A stretch of 64,000 nt of DNA. It comes from an uncultured Verrucomicrobiae bacterium (GTDB lineage Bacteria > Verrucomicrobiota > Verrucomicrobiia > Limisphaerales > Palsa-1400). A model generated the notes under the pieces. That model ran no database searches. It saw only the letters and a list, made by a program, of their open reading frames with translations, and was not told the DNA's origin. The stretch lies in contig CAVXRD010000002.1 of NCBI GenBank assembly GCA_963764165.1, positions 992,001-1,056,000 of the forward strand, in the 5' to 3' direction. This document shows positions 31,747 to 40,478 of this stretch, piece by piece; positions within the stretch are counted from its first letter, which is position 1; every line of letters starts with the position of its first letter. The translations under genes and the position numbers were made by a program.

Positions 31747-31898
31747 AATCTGAGCCGCAGATGGACGCAGATAAGAAAAGACGGGGAAGAGTTGGGATAG
31801 GAGCCGGACTTTCTAACTTCATTGGATTGCTGTTTGTCAACCGAATGTCTTTTTCAGAAAATCTGCGTTGATCTGCGTCAATCTGCGGCTAAGATTTT
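31745..31898. repeat. Paired inverted repeat of the CGCAGAT 10-bp-period family
   Basis: aaaatctgagccgcagatggacgcagat (31745-31772) versus the reverse complement of 31871-31898: 26/28 identical. Confidence 0.85.
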
Positions 31899-31901
31899 GG
31901 C

Positions 31902-32930
31902 ATGCACTCAAAACATGGCGTTGGCGGAGCCGTTGGTTTGGCGATTTTGGCGGGAGCATTGGCGTTTGCGGGTTGTGGGAAGAAGACTGACGAAACTCCC
32001 AAGCAGCCGGGCGAAAAGACGTATGCCATTGCGGTCATTCCCAAGGGCACGACGCATGAGTATTGGAAATCTGTGCATGCGGGGGCGGTGAAGGCGCAGC
32101 AGGAATTGGCGGCGGCGGGGACGAAGGTGGAGTTGATTTGGAAGGGCCCTTACCGCGAGGATGATCGCGACCAGCAGATTCAGGTGGTCGAAAATTTCAC
32201 CAGCCGAAAAGTCGATGGCATCGTGCTCGCGCCGCTGGATTCGCAGGCCCTGGCGCCTGCCGCCGACAATGCGGTTGCGGCCGGCATTCCGGTGGTGATT
32301 ATCGATTCGGCGATTAAGTCGGACAAATGCCTGAGTTTTATCGCGACCGATAATTTCAAAGGCGGCGCGATGGCTGGAGATTTCCTGGCCAAATTGCTGA
32401 ATGAAAAGGGAAACGTGATCATGCTTCGTTACGCGGTCGGTTCTGCCAGCACGGAGGCTCGGGAAAAAGGCTTCATGGCGGAGATGGAGAAGTTTCCCAA
32501 CATCAAGCTCGTATCAACCGATCAATATGCCGGAGCCACACAAGAGACGGCTTATCAGGCGTCGCAAAATCTGTTGAATCGGTTCGGGAATGATTTGGAC
32601 GGCGTATTTTGCCCCGCTGAACCGATCACCATTGCGATGACGAAAGCGGTGCGGGACATTGGCAAGGCGGGTGGTAAGGTGAAAATCGTGGGCTTCGACG
32701 CCGGCACGAAATCGGTCGAGGATCTCAAGAACGGAGACGTTCAAGCGCTGACGCTGCAAAACCCGGTGCTGATGGGTTATGACGCCGTGATGTCCCTGGC
32801 GCGCCATTTCAAAGGCGAAAAAGTGGAATCCCGAATCGACACAGGGGCGGTGATCGTGACGCGGGAAAACATGGACCAGCCCGCGAATAAGGATTTGCTT
32901 TATCCGCCTCTGGAAAAATACCTGAAATAA
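31902..32930 (+). CDS. Sugar ABC transporter substrate-binding lipoprotein (RbsB-like)
   Basis: Lipobox FAG-C; IAVIPKGTTHEYW, DGIVLAP, GIPVVIIDS, ATDN, VGFD, QNP. Confidence 0.92.
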   Translation: MHSKHGVGGAVGLAILAGALAFAGCGKKTDETPKQPGEKTYAIAVIPKGTTHEYWKSVHAGAVKAQQELAAAGTKVELIWKGPYREDDRDQQIQVVENFTSRKVDGIVLAPLDSQALAPAADNAVAAGIPVVIIDSAIKSDKCLSFIATDNFKGGAMAGDFLAKLLNEKGNVIMLRYAVGSASTEAREKGFMAEMEKFPNIKLVSTDQYAGATQETAYQASQNLLNRFGNDLDGVFCPAEPITIAMTKAVRDIGKAGGKVKIVGFDAGTKSVEDLKNGDVQALTLQNPVLMGYDAVMSLARHFKGEKVESRIDTGAVIVTRENMDQPANKDLLYPPLEKYLK

Positions 32931-32958
32931 AAAAAGGATTAATCAGGAACGACCGAAC

Positions 32959-33399
32959 TCAGGAACGGAGATCTATCGGCCTGGCGTTCGCCGCGGCGAA
33001 GTTCGTGGCCTTGAGTTCCCTGGTGACGCGTTTCATGGTTAACGGCATGGTGGCGAAATTGAGCAACAAGCCGTCGCGGAGATGCAGTGCCTTCATATAC
33101 GACCGAGTTATTGAAAAGAAAATGTCATCAAGGGCTTTAGCCGCTTTCAACTCCACGACCAGCACGCCCTCGACAAGCATATCAAGTCGATGCTCGCCGA
33201 TTTGGCGACCGCGGTAAGTGATTGGCACTACCTTTTGTCGCTCATACCGGATGCCTTGAAAATCAAGTTCTATCGCCAAAGCTGATTCATAAATCGATTC
33301 GAGAAACCCCGGGCCAAGGGCTAAATGAACTTGGATGGCCGCCCCAATGACTTTTCCGCTCAATCCTTTGTTGCCTAGATTGTTTGACTCAAATGCCAC
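32959..33399 (-). CDS. GxxExxY protein (PD-(D/E)XK nuclease-like)
   Basis: VHLALGPGFLESIYESAL, HRLDMLVE, VVELKA, GLLLNF. Confidence 0.93.
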   Translation of the reverse strand: MAFESNNLGNKGLSGKVIGAAIQVHLALGPGFLESIYESALAIELDFQGIRYERQKVVPITYRGRQIGEHRLDMLVEGVLVVELKAAKALDDIFFSITRSYMKALHLRDGLLLNFATMPLTMKRVTRELKATNFAAANARPIDLRS

Positions 33400-33405
33400 A
33401 GCCGC

Positions 33406-33433
33406 ATCCTAAAATCCCCGGTTATGTTGTCAA
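33406..33433 (-). promoter_or_regulatory. Sigma70-type promoter of the GxxExxY gene (leaderless spacing)
   Basis: Minus strand TTGACA-N16-TAGGAT, then 6 nt to the GTG start at 33399. Confidence 0.6.
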
Positions 33434-33510
33434 CGAAACTTCCGGAGAACCGGGGGCAAACATAAGCCCCTAAGTCCTCCGTTTCCTGAGTTCGGTCGTT
33501 CCAGATTAAA

Positions 33511-34062
33511 TCATCTGAATTCTTCCCGAAAAACCTTCCAGTGCGCCAAGTCCAACGGCGTTTCACCCGAGTCAATCTTTCGGATCTCCTCAATCACCTC
33601 GTCGATGCTTCCAAAGATCTGATTGGTGCGCAGCGTTCCGAAGATCCAGAACGGACAGGCGTTGCGGCCTTCGGCGACGACTAGAAAGATTGGCTTCTTC
33701 ATGCGGTTGGCCCAGAAGACCTCCTCGGCCGTTCCCCAAGAAGCGGTCTTGGCCGAAATGGACGCTATCAGGAAATCCGCCCGGTCCACCAAGCTCAAAT
33801 CCTCCACGCGGATTTTTCGCATGATCTTGGACAGTTCGTCGAATTGGCCCTCTTCCCGAAGCTTGGTCAGCTTGGCCATGTGTTCTTTGTCCTCATTCAC
33901 GGAATCCATGAACGGCTTCTTGAGCGGATCGAAGAAAATGATGCCGGTGCCGGCCAGCTCGGTTTTGGTTTTCTCACGCCAGGAGCCGGGCGCGTTGCTG
34001 TTCTCGATGTTGCCGGCGAGGTAGCATTTTGTGCGGTGAAGATTGTGCGTCGTCATTTCCAT
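33511..34062 (-). CDS. Nucleoside 2-deoxyribosyltransferase-like protein
   Basis: YLAGNI...WRE...FFDP...D...VDRADFLIA...SWGTAEE...KPI pattern of the NDT/DNPH1 fold. Confidence 0.7.
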   Translation of the reverse strand: MEMTTHNLHRTKCYLAGNIENSNAPGSWREKTKTELAGTGIIFFDPLKKPFMDSVNEDKEHMAKLTKLREEGQFDELSKIMRKIRVEDLSLVDRADFLIASISAKTASWGTAEEVFWANRMKKPIFLVVAEGRNACPFWIFGTLRTNQIFGSIDEVIEEIRKIDSGETPLDLAHWKVFREEFR

Positions 34063-34312
34063 TGTTTAAGAGGCGCCACGCTATATCAGCGGTCACCCAT
34101 AATAAAGGCGATTCGGGCAGCAGACGCCAAGGAGGTGGGGGTGGGGAACCCCGCTGAAGAAACGTACCGCTACCCGAATCAAACCCGCGCCCATCGTAAA
34201 GATTTCGAGGGTTTTGTCAATGGATAAAAACCGGCATTTTGCCGGAATTGTCGCGGATATTTTGTGATGTAAACCCCTACAAACCATACAGAACAGCACG
34301 ACAGAAGCGGTC

Positions 34313-35398
34313 TCAAAGTCCCATGACTTTCTTCACGGCGGAGATGTCCGCGGGAACTATGATCGGCTCGAATCCCGCCGTGGCAATGGCACTGTCTGGA
34401 TCCTTCAAACCGTGGCCGGTCATGGTGGCGGCGATCACGCTGCCCTCGGGAATCTTACTTGCTTTCACGCAACGAATTAGACCCGCCAGGCATGCCGCCG
34501 AGGCGGGTTCCACGAACACGCCATCGGCGCGGGCCATCAGCTTGTAGGCAGCCATGATTTCTTCATCTGTCACACTGTCGATAAAGCCGTTGGAATCCTT
34601 CAAAACCTGGGTTGCCACCGTCCAACTGGCTGGATTGCCGATGCGAATGGCGCTGGCCACCGTTTGCGGGTCTTCGATAATCCGCCCCAAAACCATTGGA
34701 GCCGCCCCCGCCGCCTGAAACCCGAACATTCTTGGCAAGCCGCTCGATTTCCCGGCGTCCTTGTATTGATTGTAACCGCGCCAGTAAGCGGTGATATTTC
34801 CGGCGTTGCCCACGGGCAGGAAATGAAAATCCGGCGCGCGGCCAAGCTGGTCGCAAATCTCGAACGCCGCCGTTTTCTGCCCTTCGATGCGGACGGGGTT
34901 AATGCTGTTGACAATTTCAATCTCCGCCACCTTCCCCAATTCGCGCACAATGGCGAGGGCTTGGTCAAAGTTGCCTTCCAGCGAGAGGGTCACCGCCCCG
35001 TACATGAGAGCCTGAGCCAGTTTGCCAAGGGCAATTTTTCCGTGCGGCAGCAGCACGACGCATTTCATGCCGGCCCGCGCCGCATACGCCGCGGCGGAGG
35101 CCGAAGTGTTGCCGGTGCTGGCGCAAACAACAATTCCCGCTCCGCGCTCCTTAGCCTTGGAAACAGCCATCGTCATCCCGCGATCCTTGAAGGAGCAGGT
35201 GGGATTGACGCCTTCGTATTTGAGCCACAATTCGAAACCGCCGCCCAGCGCCCTGGCAAAATTATCCACGCGAATCAGCGGCGTGTTTCCTTCGTTCAAT
35301 GAAACCACCGGCGTGGCATCCGTGACCGGCAGCCATTCGCGATACGCGTCAATGACCCCGCGCCAGCGATTTCCCGCGTTGGGAAGAATGGAGTTCAT
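34313..35398 (-). CDS. thrC: Threonine synthase
   Basis: EGNTPL, NPTCSFKDRG (PLP lysine), CASTGNTSAS, PVGNAGN, TGHGLKD. Confidence 0.96.
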   Translation of the reverse strand: MNSILPNAGNRWRGVIDAYREWLPVTDATPVVSLNEGNTPLIRVDNFARALGGGFELWLKYEGVNPTCSFKDRGMTMAVSKAKERGAGIVVCASTGNTSASAAAYAARAGMKCVVLLPHGKIALGKLAQALMYGAVTLSLEGNFDQALAIVRELGKVAEIEIVNSINPVRIEGQKTAAFEICDQLGRAPDFHFLPVGNAGNITAYWRGYNQYKDAGKSSGLPRMFGFQAAGAAPMVLGRIIEDPQTVASAIRIGNPASWTVATQVLKDSNGFIDSVTDEEIMAAYKLMARADGVFVEPASAACLAGLIRCVKASKIPEGSVIAATMTGHGLKDPDSAIATAGFEPIIVPADISAVKKVMGL

Positions 35399-35410
35399 GG
35401 CAAAGATAAG

Positions 35411-36721
35411 TTACGCAAAATTCTCGACTCGCAACATCATCGGCGGGCCTTTGACGACGGGCAACCGGGCAATTTTACCCAGCGCCTTTTGCACCGCGCC
35501 ATCGGTCGCCCGATGGCTCATGAGCACCAAGGGCACGCTCTTGCCTTCGCGGCCTTCCGTCTGGATGACCGACGAGATGCCAATCTTCGATGCCGCCAGG
35601 ATCGAGGTGATGCGCGCCAGTGAACCCGGCTTGTCAACAACATCGAAGCGCAGATAATACCGCGAGACCGCCTCGGAAATGGGGAGCACCGTCGCATCGT
35701 CGTCGTGCGATACGAACGATGGGACGCGGCCATGGGAGCCATATTTCAAATCCAACGCGGCATCCGCAATGTCGCTCAGCACGGCGCTGGCGGTCGCGTC
35801 CTTGCCCGCCCCGCGCCCGTAAAATAGCGTGTCGCCCACCACATCACCGCGGCAGAAGACGGCGTTGAAAACATGATTGACGCTGGCCAGGACGTGGTCG
35901 TTGGGAATCAGAGCTGGATAAACCGAAACTTGGATGGTTTTGCGCCGCCCGCCCGCTGCCGCCTTGACCACCCCGAGCAGTTTGATGGTGTAACCCATCT
36001 TTCCCGCAAATTCAATGTCCGCTTGCGTGACATTGCGAATGCCTTCCACATGAATCTGGCTCGAATTGACCCAAAATCCGTGCGCCAGCGAGGCGAGGAT
36101 GCCGATCTTGTGCTCCGAATCGTAACCGTCAATATCAAGCGAGGGATCTGCCTCGGCATAACCCAGCTTTTGCGCCTCGGCGAGCGTTTGATCAAACCTC
36201 AGCCCCTCCAACTTCATCCGCGTGAGGATGTAATTGCAGGTACCGTTGACGATTCCGTAAATATGCGAAATATGATTTCCGACAAACCCCTCGCGCAGCG
36301 CCTTGATGATCGGAATGCCGCCCGCCACGCTCGCTTCGTAATAAATATTTGTGCCGGTTCCTTTTGCGGCAGCGAACAATTCCTCGCCGTGCGTCGAGAG
36401 CAGCGCCTTGTTCGCGGTGATGACGGGTTTTCCCGCCGCCAGCGCTGTCAAAATCATTTTCTTCGCCACGGTCGTTCCTCCGGCCAACTCGATGACAACA
36501 TGCACCTCTGGATCATTGACAACAGAGAGCCAGTCAGTAGTCAGCAGCGAAGCGGGGATGGGGTAGGCGCGAGTTTTGGCCGGGTCCTGGACGGCGATTT
36601 TCCGCATGGCAAGCTTCACGCGCAGGCGGGATTCCATCAGGGCCCGGTTTTTATGCAAGTGATGATAGACCCCGCTGGCGACGGTGCCTCCTCCAATCAT
36701 ACCCAGATTGATCTGTTGCAT
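35411..36721 (-). CDS. hom: Homoserine dehydrogenase with C-terminal ACT domain
   Basis: GGGTV, VITANK, YEASVAGGIP, NGTCNYIL, GYAEADP, GRGAG..TASAV, DKPG. Confidence 0.96.
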   Translation of the reverse strand: MQQINLGMIGGGTVASGVYHHLHKNRALMESRLRVKLAMRKIAVQDPAKTRAYPIPASLLTTDWLSVVNDPEVHVVIELAGGTTVAKKMILTALAAGKPVITANKALLSTHGEELFAAAKGTGTNIYYEASVAGGIPIIKALREGFVGNHISHIYGIVNGTCNYILTRMKLEGLRFDQTLAEAQKLGYAEADPSLDIDGYDSEHKIGILASLAHGFWVNSSQIHVEGIRNVTQADIEFAGKMGYTIKLLGVVKAAAGGRRKTIQVSVYPALIPNDHVLASVNHVFNAVFCRGDVVGDTLFYGRGAGKDATASAVLSDIADAALDLKYGSHGRVPSFVSHDDDATVLPISEAVSRYYLRFDVVDKPGSLARITSILAASKIGISSVIQTEGREGKSVPLVLMSHRATDGAVQKALGKIARLPVVKGPPMMLRVENFA

Positions 36722-36985
36722 AGAAACACTGACTTTGGCGAAATCAGGCGGCCAAGACAATGGAAAAACAAAAATCGGCGCTCTGATGGCGCCGGAAAAA
36801 ATTCATCTGCCTCTGGGGCGGCCGAGGCGTCTCGCCTCTGCCGGGCTAATTCTGCGGCGGGACGCAGCTGCCATCTTGTGCATGAAGATTTTGTCCTGGA
36901 CCGCGCTTTGAGATCCAACCGGAAAAAGCTCCCTTACTGAAAAGAGGGGTTGACGGGTGAAAAATGCGTGATAGGTTCCCTAACT

Positions 36986-37288
36986 ATGAGTGCTAGAAAA
37001 GTCCAGAATAGTTCTCTCGATTTAACCTCCAGTACAGCCCAATGCCTTACTGTTGTGGCTGACTCCGTGCGCGTCCGCAAGAACGGCATCGAATTCCGCA
37101 ACGAGCAGCGCATCGCCCCCTGGACAGAAATGACCGTCACGCTGCAAGGCACCGGTCTGGCCAAGAAAGTGAATTTCACCGGCGTGGTGGTCGCCTGCAG
37201 CGGAAACGCCCGCGAAGGCTACGAGATTTCGATGCTCTTTACCCGCGTCACCCGCCTGTCCCAGGCCAGATTGCTCGCGTATTCGTGA
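36986..37288 (+). CDS. Small hypothetical protein, possibly PilZ-like beta-barrel
   Basis: 100 aa, GIEF...WTEM...GVVVAC pattern; TTGACG...TAGGTT promoter-like sequence upstream; directly before the pilT-family gene. Confidence 0.7.
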   Translation: MSARKVQNSSLDLTSSTAQCLTVVADSVRVRKNGIEFRNEQRIAPWTEMTVTLQGTGLAKKVNFTGVVVACSGNAREGYEISMLFTRVTRLSQARLLAYS

Positions 37289-37359
37289 CGCGGGCGCGGA
37301 TTTAATTTTTTGCCAGATCCTAGTTGGCAAAATTTCCGCCTTCTGTATAAATTTCCGGC

Positions 37360-38448
37360 ATGGAAACGTTTCGCCGTATTTTAATGACGGCTGTGCAAGG
37401 AGGCGCCTCTGACATTCACATCAAGGTGGGGGGGCCTATTATTTTTCGCATGAGCCGCAAGCTGATCGCCATCGAGGCTCCCATTCCCACGATAGAGTGG
37501 ATGAACACGGTTTTGGATTCGATCATCCCAAAACATGTGCGCGCCTATTACGACACGAATCACGAATGCGATTTCTCTTACTTTCTTGAGGGCGCGGGCC
37601 GCTTTCGCACAAACTGCTTTCATGAGCGGGGCTCCCCCTGCCTGGCCATGCGGTATGTGAAAAACACGGTGCCCAGCTTCGAGGATTTGGGCTTGCTGCC
37701 GCAGTTGAAGCAGATTGCCGAGTCCCCGCGCGGCATCGTCCTGCTGGCCGGCACCACGGGCTCCGGCAAATCCACCACCCTGGCGGCGATGATCGAGCAT
37801 ATCAATTCCCATGGGCGGAAACACATCGTCACGCTGGAAGATCCGATCGAGTACGTTTTTGAGGACAATCAGTCCATCATCGAGCAGCGGGAAATCGGTC
37901 TCGACACCATGAGTTTCGCGCTGGGGTTGAAAGCGGTGCTCCGCCAGGATCCAGACGTCGTGATGATTGGGGAAATGCGCGATTCCACCAGCTTTATGGC
38001 GGCCATGAGCGCCGCCGACACGGGGCATTTGATCTTGTCTACCTTGCATACAACCAACGCGGCGCAATCTGTCGGCCGCATTTTGGATTTCTTCAAGGCG
38101 GACGAGCGCGACCAAGTCCGGCGCCAGCTTGCCGGCACGCTGCAAGCGGTGATTTGCCAGCGCATGGTGCCGCTCGTTGCGGGCGGGATGACCCCGGCGC
38201 AGGAAATTCTGATTAATTCGGCCACGGTTCGGAAATTGATCGAGGAAAATCGCCTGGAAAAATTGTCGGCGGCCATTGAAACCGGCAGCGAAGAAGGCAT
38301 GATCAGCTTCAACCAATCCCTGTTCAAATTGGTGCAGGAAGGCAAGATTACCCAGAAAGAAGCGCTGCTCAAAGCCACCAACGCCCAGGCGCTGGAAATG
38401 AATTTCCAAGGCATCTTCCTCACCGAAGGCAAGCGCATCCTTGGCTAG
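37360..38448 (+). CDS. pilT: PilT/PilU-family type IV pilus ATPase
   Basis: ASDIH, GRFR, GTTGSGKSTT, TLEDPIE, LRQDPD, GEMRD, TGH..STLHT; PilT versus PilU paralogue not resolved. Confidence 0.9.
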   Translation: METFRRILMTAVQGGASDIHIKVGGPIIFRMSRKLIAIEAPIPTIEWMNTVLDSIIPKHVRAYYDTNHECDFSYFLEGAGRFRTNCFHERGSPCLAMRYVKNTVPSFEDLGLLPQLKQIAESPRGIVLLAGTTGSGKSTTLAAMIEHINSHGRKHIVTLEDPIEYVFEDNQSIIEQREIGLDTMSFALGLKAVLRQDPDVVMIGEMRDSTSFMAAMSAADTGHLILSTLHTTNAAQSVGRILDFFKADERDQVRRQLAGTLQAVICQRMVPLVAGGMTPAQEILINSATVRKLIEENRLEKLSAAIETGSEEGMISFNQSLFKLVQEGKITQKEALLKATNAQALEMNFQGIFLTEGKRILG

Positions 38449-38636
38449 GGAGCGATGAGAAGGGGTGATGTGCGCCGGAGGTTTGGTGTCCTCGCACACT
38501 GCGAATCGCGCCCTGTTGGTCGTTGCCAGAAAATGCTTGTTGTCAAAGACGCAATTTGCTACCAAATGACCTGTCCGAGGTTCTGGCAGCAAAAAGTAAC
38601 ACAACATTAACGCATTTTTTTGACAGGAATAACAAT

Positions 38637-39062
38637 ATGAAGACTATCAAGACTCTCTGTGCCGTCTTTTTGGCTGGAGCGGCGCTGGCCGCCCAGCCAG
38701 TCTTGGCCCAAACGGCCCCCGCGCCTTCCACCAACATGGCCGGCACTAATGCCACAGGCAAAGCCGCTCGCCCCCCCCGTGCGCCGCGATACAGCGGCAC
38801 TGTCGCCAGCGTGGATGCCTCCACCATGACCATCACGCTCAAAGCGAACAAAACCACCGGGACGGAAACGAAAATCAAAGTGACTTCCTCAACCGCGATC
38901 AAAAAGGGCAAGGAAGCGGCCCAATTTTCGGATATCACGGCTGGCATGCGCATTGGCGGCGCCGGCAAAAAGGGTGAAGACGGTGTTTGGACGGCCACAA
39001 CCGTGGACATCCTGCCCCCGAAGGCTGTTGCTCCCGCGCCGGCTCCAGCCGCCAAGGAATAG
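38637..39062 (+). CDS. Small secreted hypothetical protein
   Basis: Signal peptide MKTIK...VLA-Q; GTVASVD...TITL OB-like beta pattern. Confidence 0.8.
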   Translation: MKTIKTLCAVFLAGAALAAQPVLAQTAPAPSTNMAGTNATGKAARPPRAPRYSGTVASVDASTMTITLKANKTTGTETKIKVTSSTAIKKGKEAAQFSDITAGMRIGGAGKKGEDGVWTATTVDILPPKAVAPAPAPAAKE

Positions 39063-39175
39063 TTTAATCCACTTTCACGCGAGGCGGAGAGCGTGTCTTC
39101 ACCACTCGCTTTCCGCCTTTATCTTTTGAATTCTTAGCCGGCATGGGCTCGACGCAGTCTCGCCTTGCCGGCCCA

Positions 39176-39661
39176 CTATGGGCGAGCCAGGGAATACCGG
39201 GCCGACAACGCCCGCCCCGCCCCAAACAAAAGCCACACCGAAAGCAAAATCAGCCCCGCATTTTCCAGCAATTTCCCGCAAATAAACACTTCCCCAGTCC
39301 CGCAGCCGCAGTCGAATTTGACGGCGCAGAACGGTATCCCCTTGGCCGCCTCCAATTCCAATGCCCGACGCCAGACCACGCCTGTAAATGGAATCAGAAT
39401 CGCGGTCAGCACCAAGGCGGTCCCGCGCACCGCCACGCCGGCCAGCAGCAGAATTCCGCAAAAAAGCTCGAACCACGGCAATGCGGCCGCCACGGAATTC
39501 AGCAGGCAGGACGTCTGGAAAATCTCGTATTGACGCACCAATTTGAGGAAGGCAACCGGGTCCATCGCCTTTTGCAATCCAGCGCAAATGAAGATCGCGC
39601 CCAAGACCCAGCGGGCGGCGATGGCCGCAAAATCGAGGGCTTTGCGCGTCGGCTCGGTCAT
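39176..39661 (-). CDS. DoxX/MauE-family membrane protein
   Basis: RWVLGAIFICAGLQK.DP..F, LPWFEL..G.LL, DCGCG. Confidence 0.88.
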   Translation of the reverse strand: MTEPTRKALDFAAIAARWVLGAIFICAGLQKAMDPVAFLKLVRQYEIFQTSCLLNSVAAALPWFELFCGILLLAGVAVRGTALVLTAILIPFTGVVWRRALELEAAKGIPFCAVKFDCGCGTGEVFICGKLLENAGLILLSVWLLFGAGRALSARYSLARP

Positions 39662-39696
39662 GGGTGCAATTCAGCTATTGACGGCGAAGCCGGCAA

Positions 39697-39798
39697 GGCA
39701 GGGACGCCTCGCCGGGGCGTCCGGGGTGAGGCATTATACACGCAGATGCCACGGAATTTTTCTGGCGCCACTGGACCCCTCGGCGAGGCGCAGCTGCC
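39697..39798. repeat. REPIN-like doublet, family A
   Basis: ggcagggacgcctcgccggggcgtccgg and a degenerate inverted partner ctggacccctcggcgaggcgcagctgcc. Confidence 0.8.
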
Positions 39799-39821
39799 TA
39801 AAACCAGATTGCGCTGCCCGG

Positions 39822-40478
39822 TCATTTGGCTTCGACGCCGCTGTTGCGCGCGCCCTGCTCCAGCGGAAGATGTTTCGCCGACCACTCGTCAAAGCCGCCG
39901 CCGTAGACAAAAATCTTCTGGGCTGGCACGCCCGATTTTTGCAGCATTATCGCCGTGCTCTCCGCATCCTCGCATTCTCCGCCCGAGCAATAGACCACCA
40001 CCTGCTCGGCGTTATCGCATGGGGCGATATCATCCGCGAGATCTTTTTCCGGATGGTAATAGTCGAGCGGATATGCGCCGGTGATATGGCTTGCGGCGTA
40101 ATATCCCCCCGTGCGCGCGTCGATAAAAATGACCAACCCTTGCATGTAACGCGGGTCGTGAAACAGCCTCTCCACCTCCGCCAGATCAAGCGGTTGAAGA
40201 CCCTTCCCGCGAATGCGCTGGTCGGCTTCCGCAATCTCAGGATTCTCGTTGGCGGCGGCCGCTGGCGCGACAGTTTTCGACGATGTCCCCGGCCGTGGCG
40301 GCAGCGAAACCGCCACATTCGTCGATTTTGGAAAATAATCGCGGGCAAGAAAAAGGCCGCGGGGCGAAAGTTCGTTGGCCGCAAAGGCGAAACCCGCGCC
40401 AGCCAAAACCACCGCCATGGCTTCAACAAAAACGGCGGTAAGCTTTCGGCAGGCCACGGCGCAATCCGTCAATTCCAA
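39822..40478 (-). CDS. Membrane-anchored rhodanese-like protein
   Basis: N-terminal TM; FIDAR, HITGA, VVYCSGGEC, YGGGFDEW; start uncertain. Confidence 0.88.
   Translation of the reverse strand: MELTDCAVACRKLTAVFVEAMAVVLAGAGFAFAANELSPRGLFLARDYFPKSTNVAVSLPPRPGTSSKTVAPAAAANENPEIAEADQRIRGKGLQPLDLAEVERLFHDPRYMQGLVIFIDARTGGYYAASHITGAYPLDYYHPEKDLADDIAPCDNAEQVVVYCSGGECEDAESTAIMLQKSGVPAQKIFVYGGGFDEWSAKHLPLEQGARNSGVEAK

Larger units (their letters stand above)
32939..33510. mobile_element. Inverted-repeat-bounded element carrying a GxxExxY gene
   Basis: Left arm TTAATCAGGAACGACCGAACTCAGGAACGGAG (32939-32970); right arm reverse complement TTTAATCTGGAACGACCGAACTCAGGAAACGGAG (33477-33510). Mobility is inferred. 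Confidence 0.65.

Noticed and set aside
36722..36985. Thr attenuator or riboswitch upstream of hom-thrC
   Set aside because: No Thr/Ile-rich leader peptide or recognisable riboswitch consensus.
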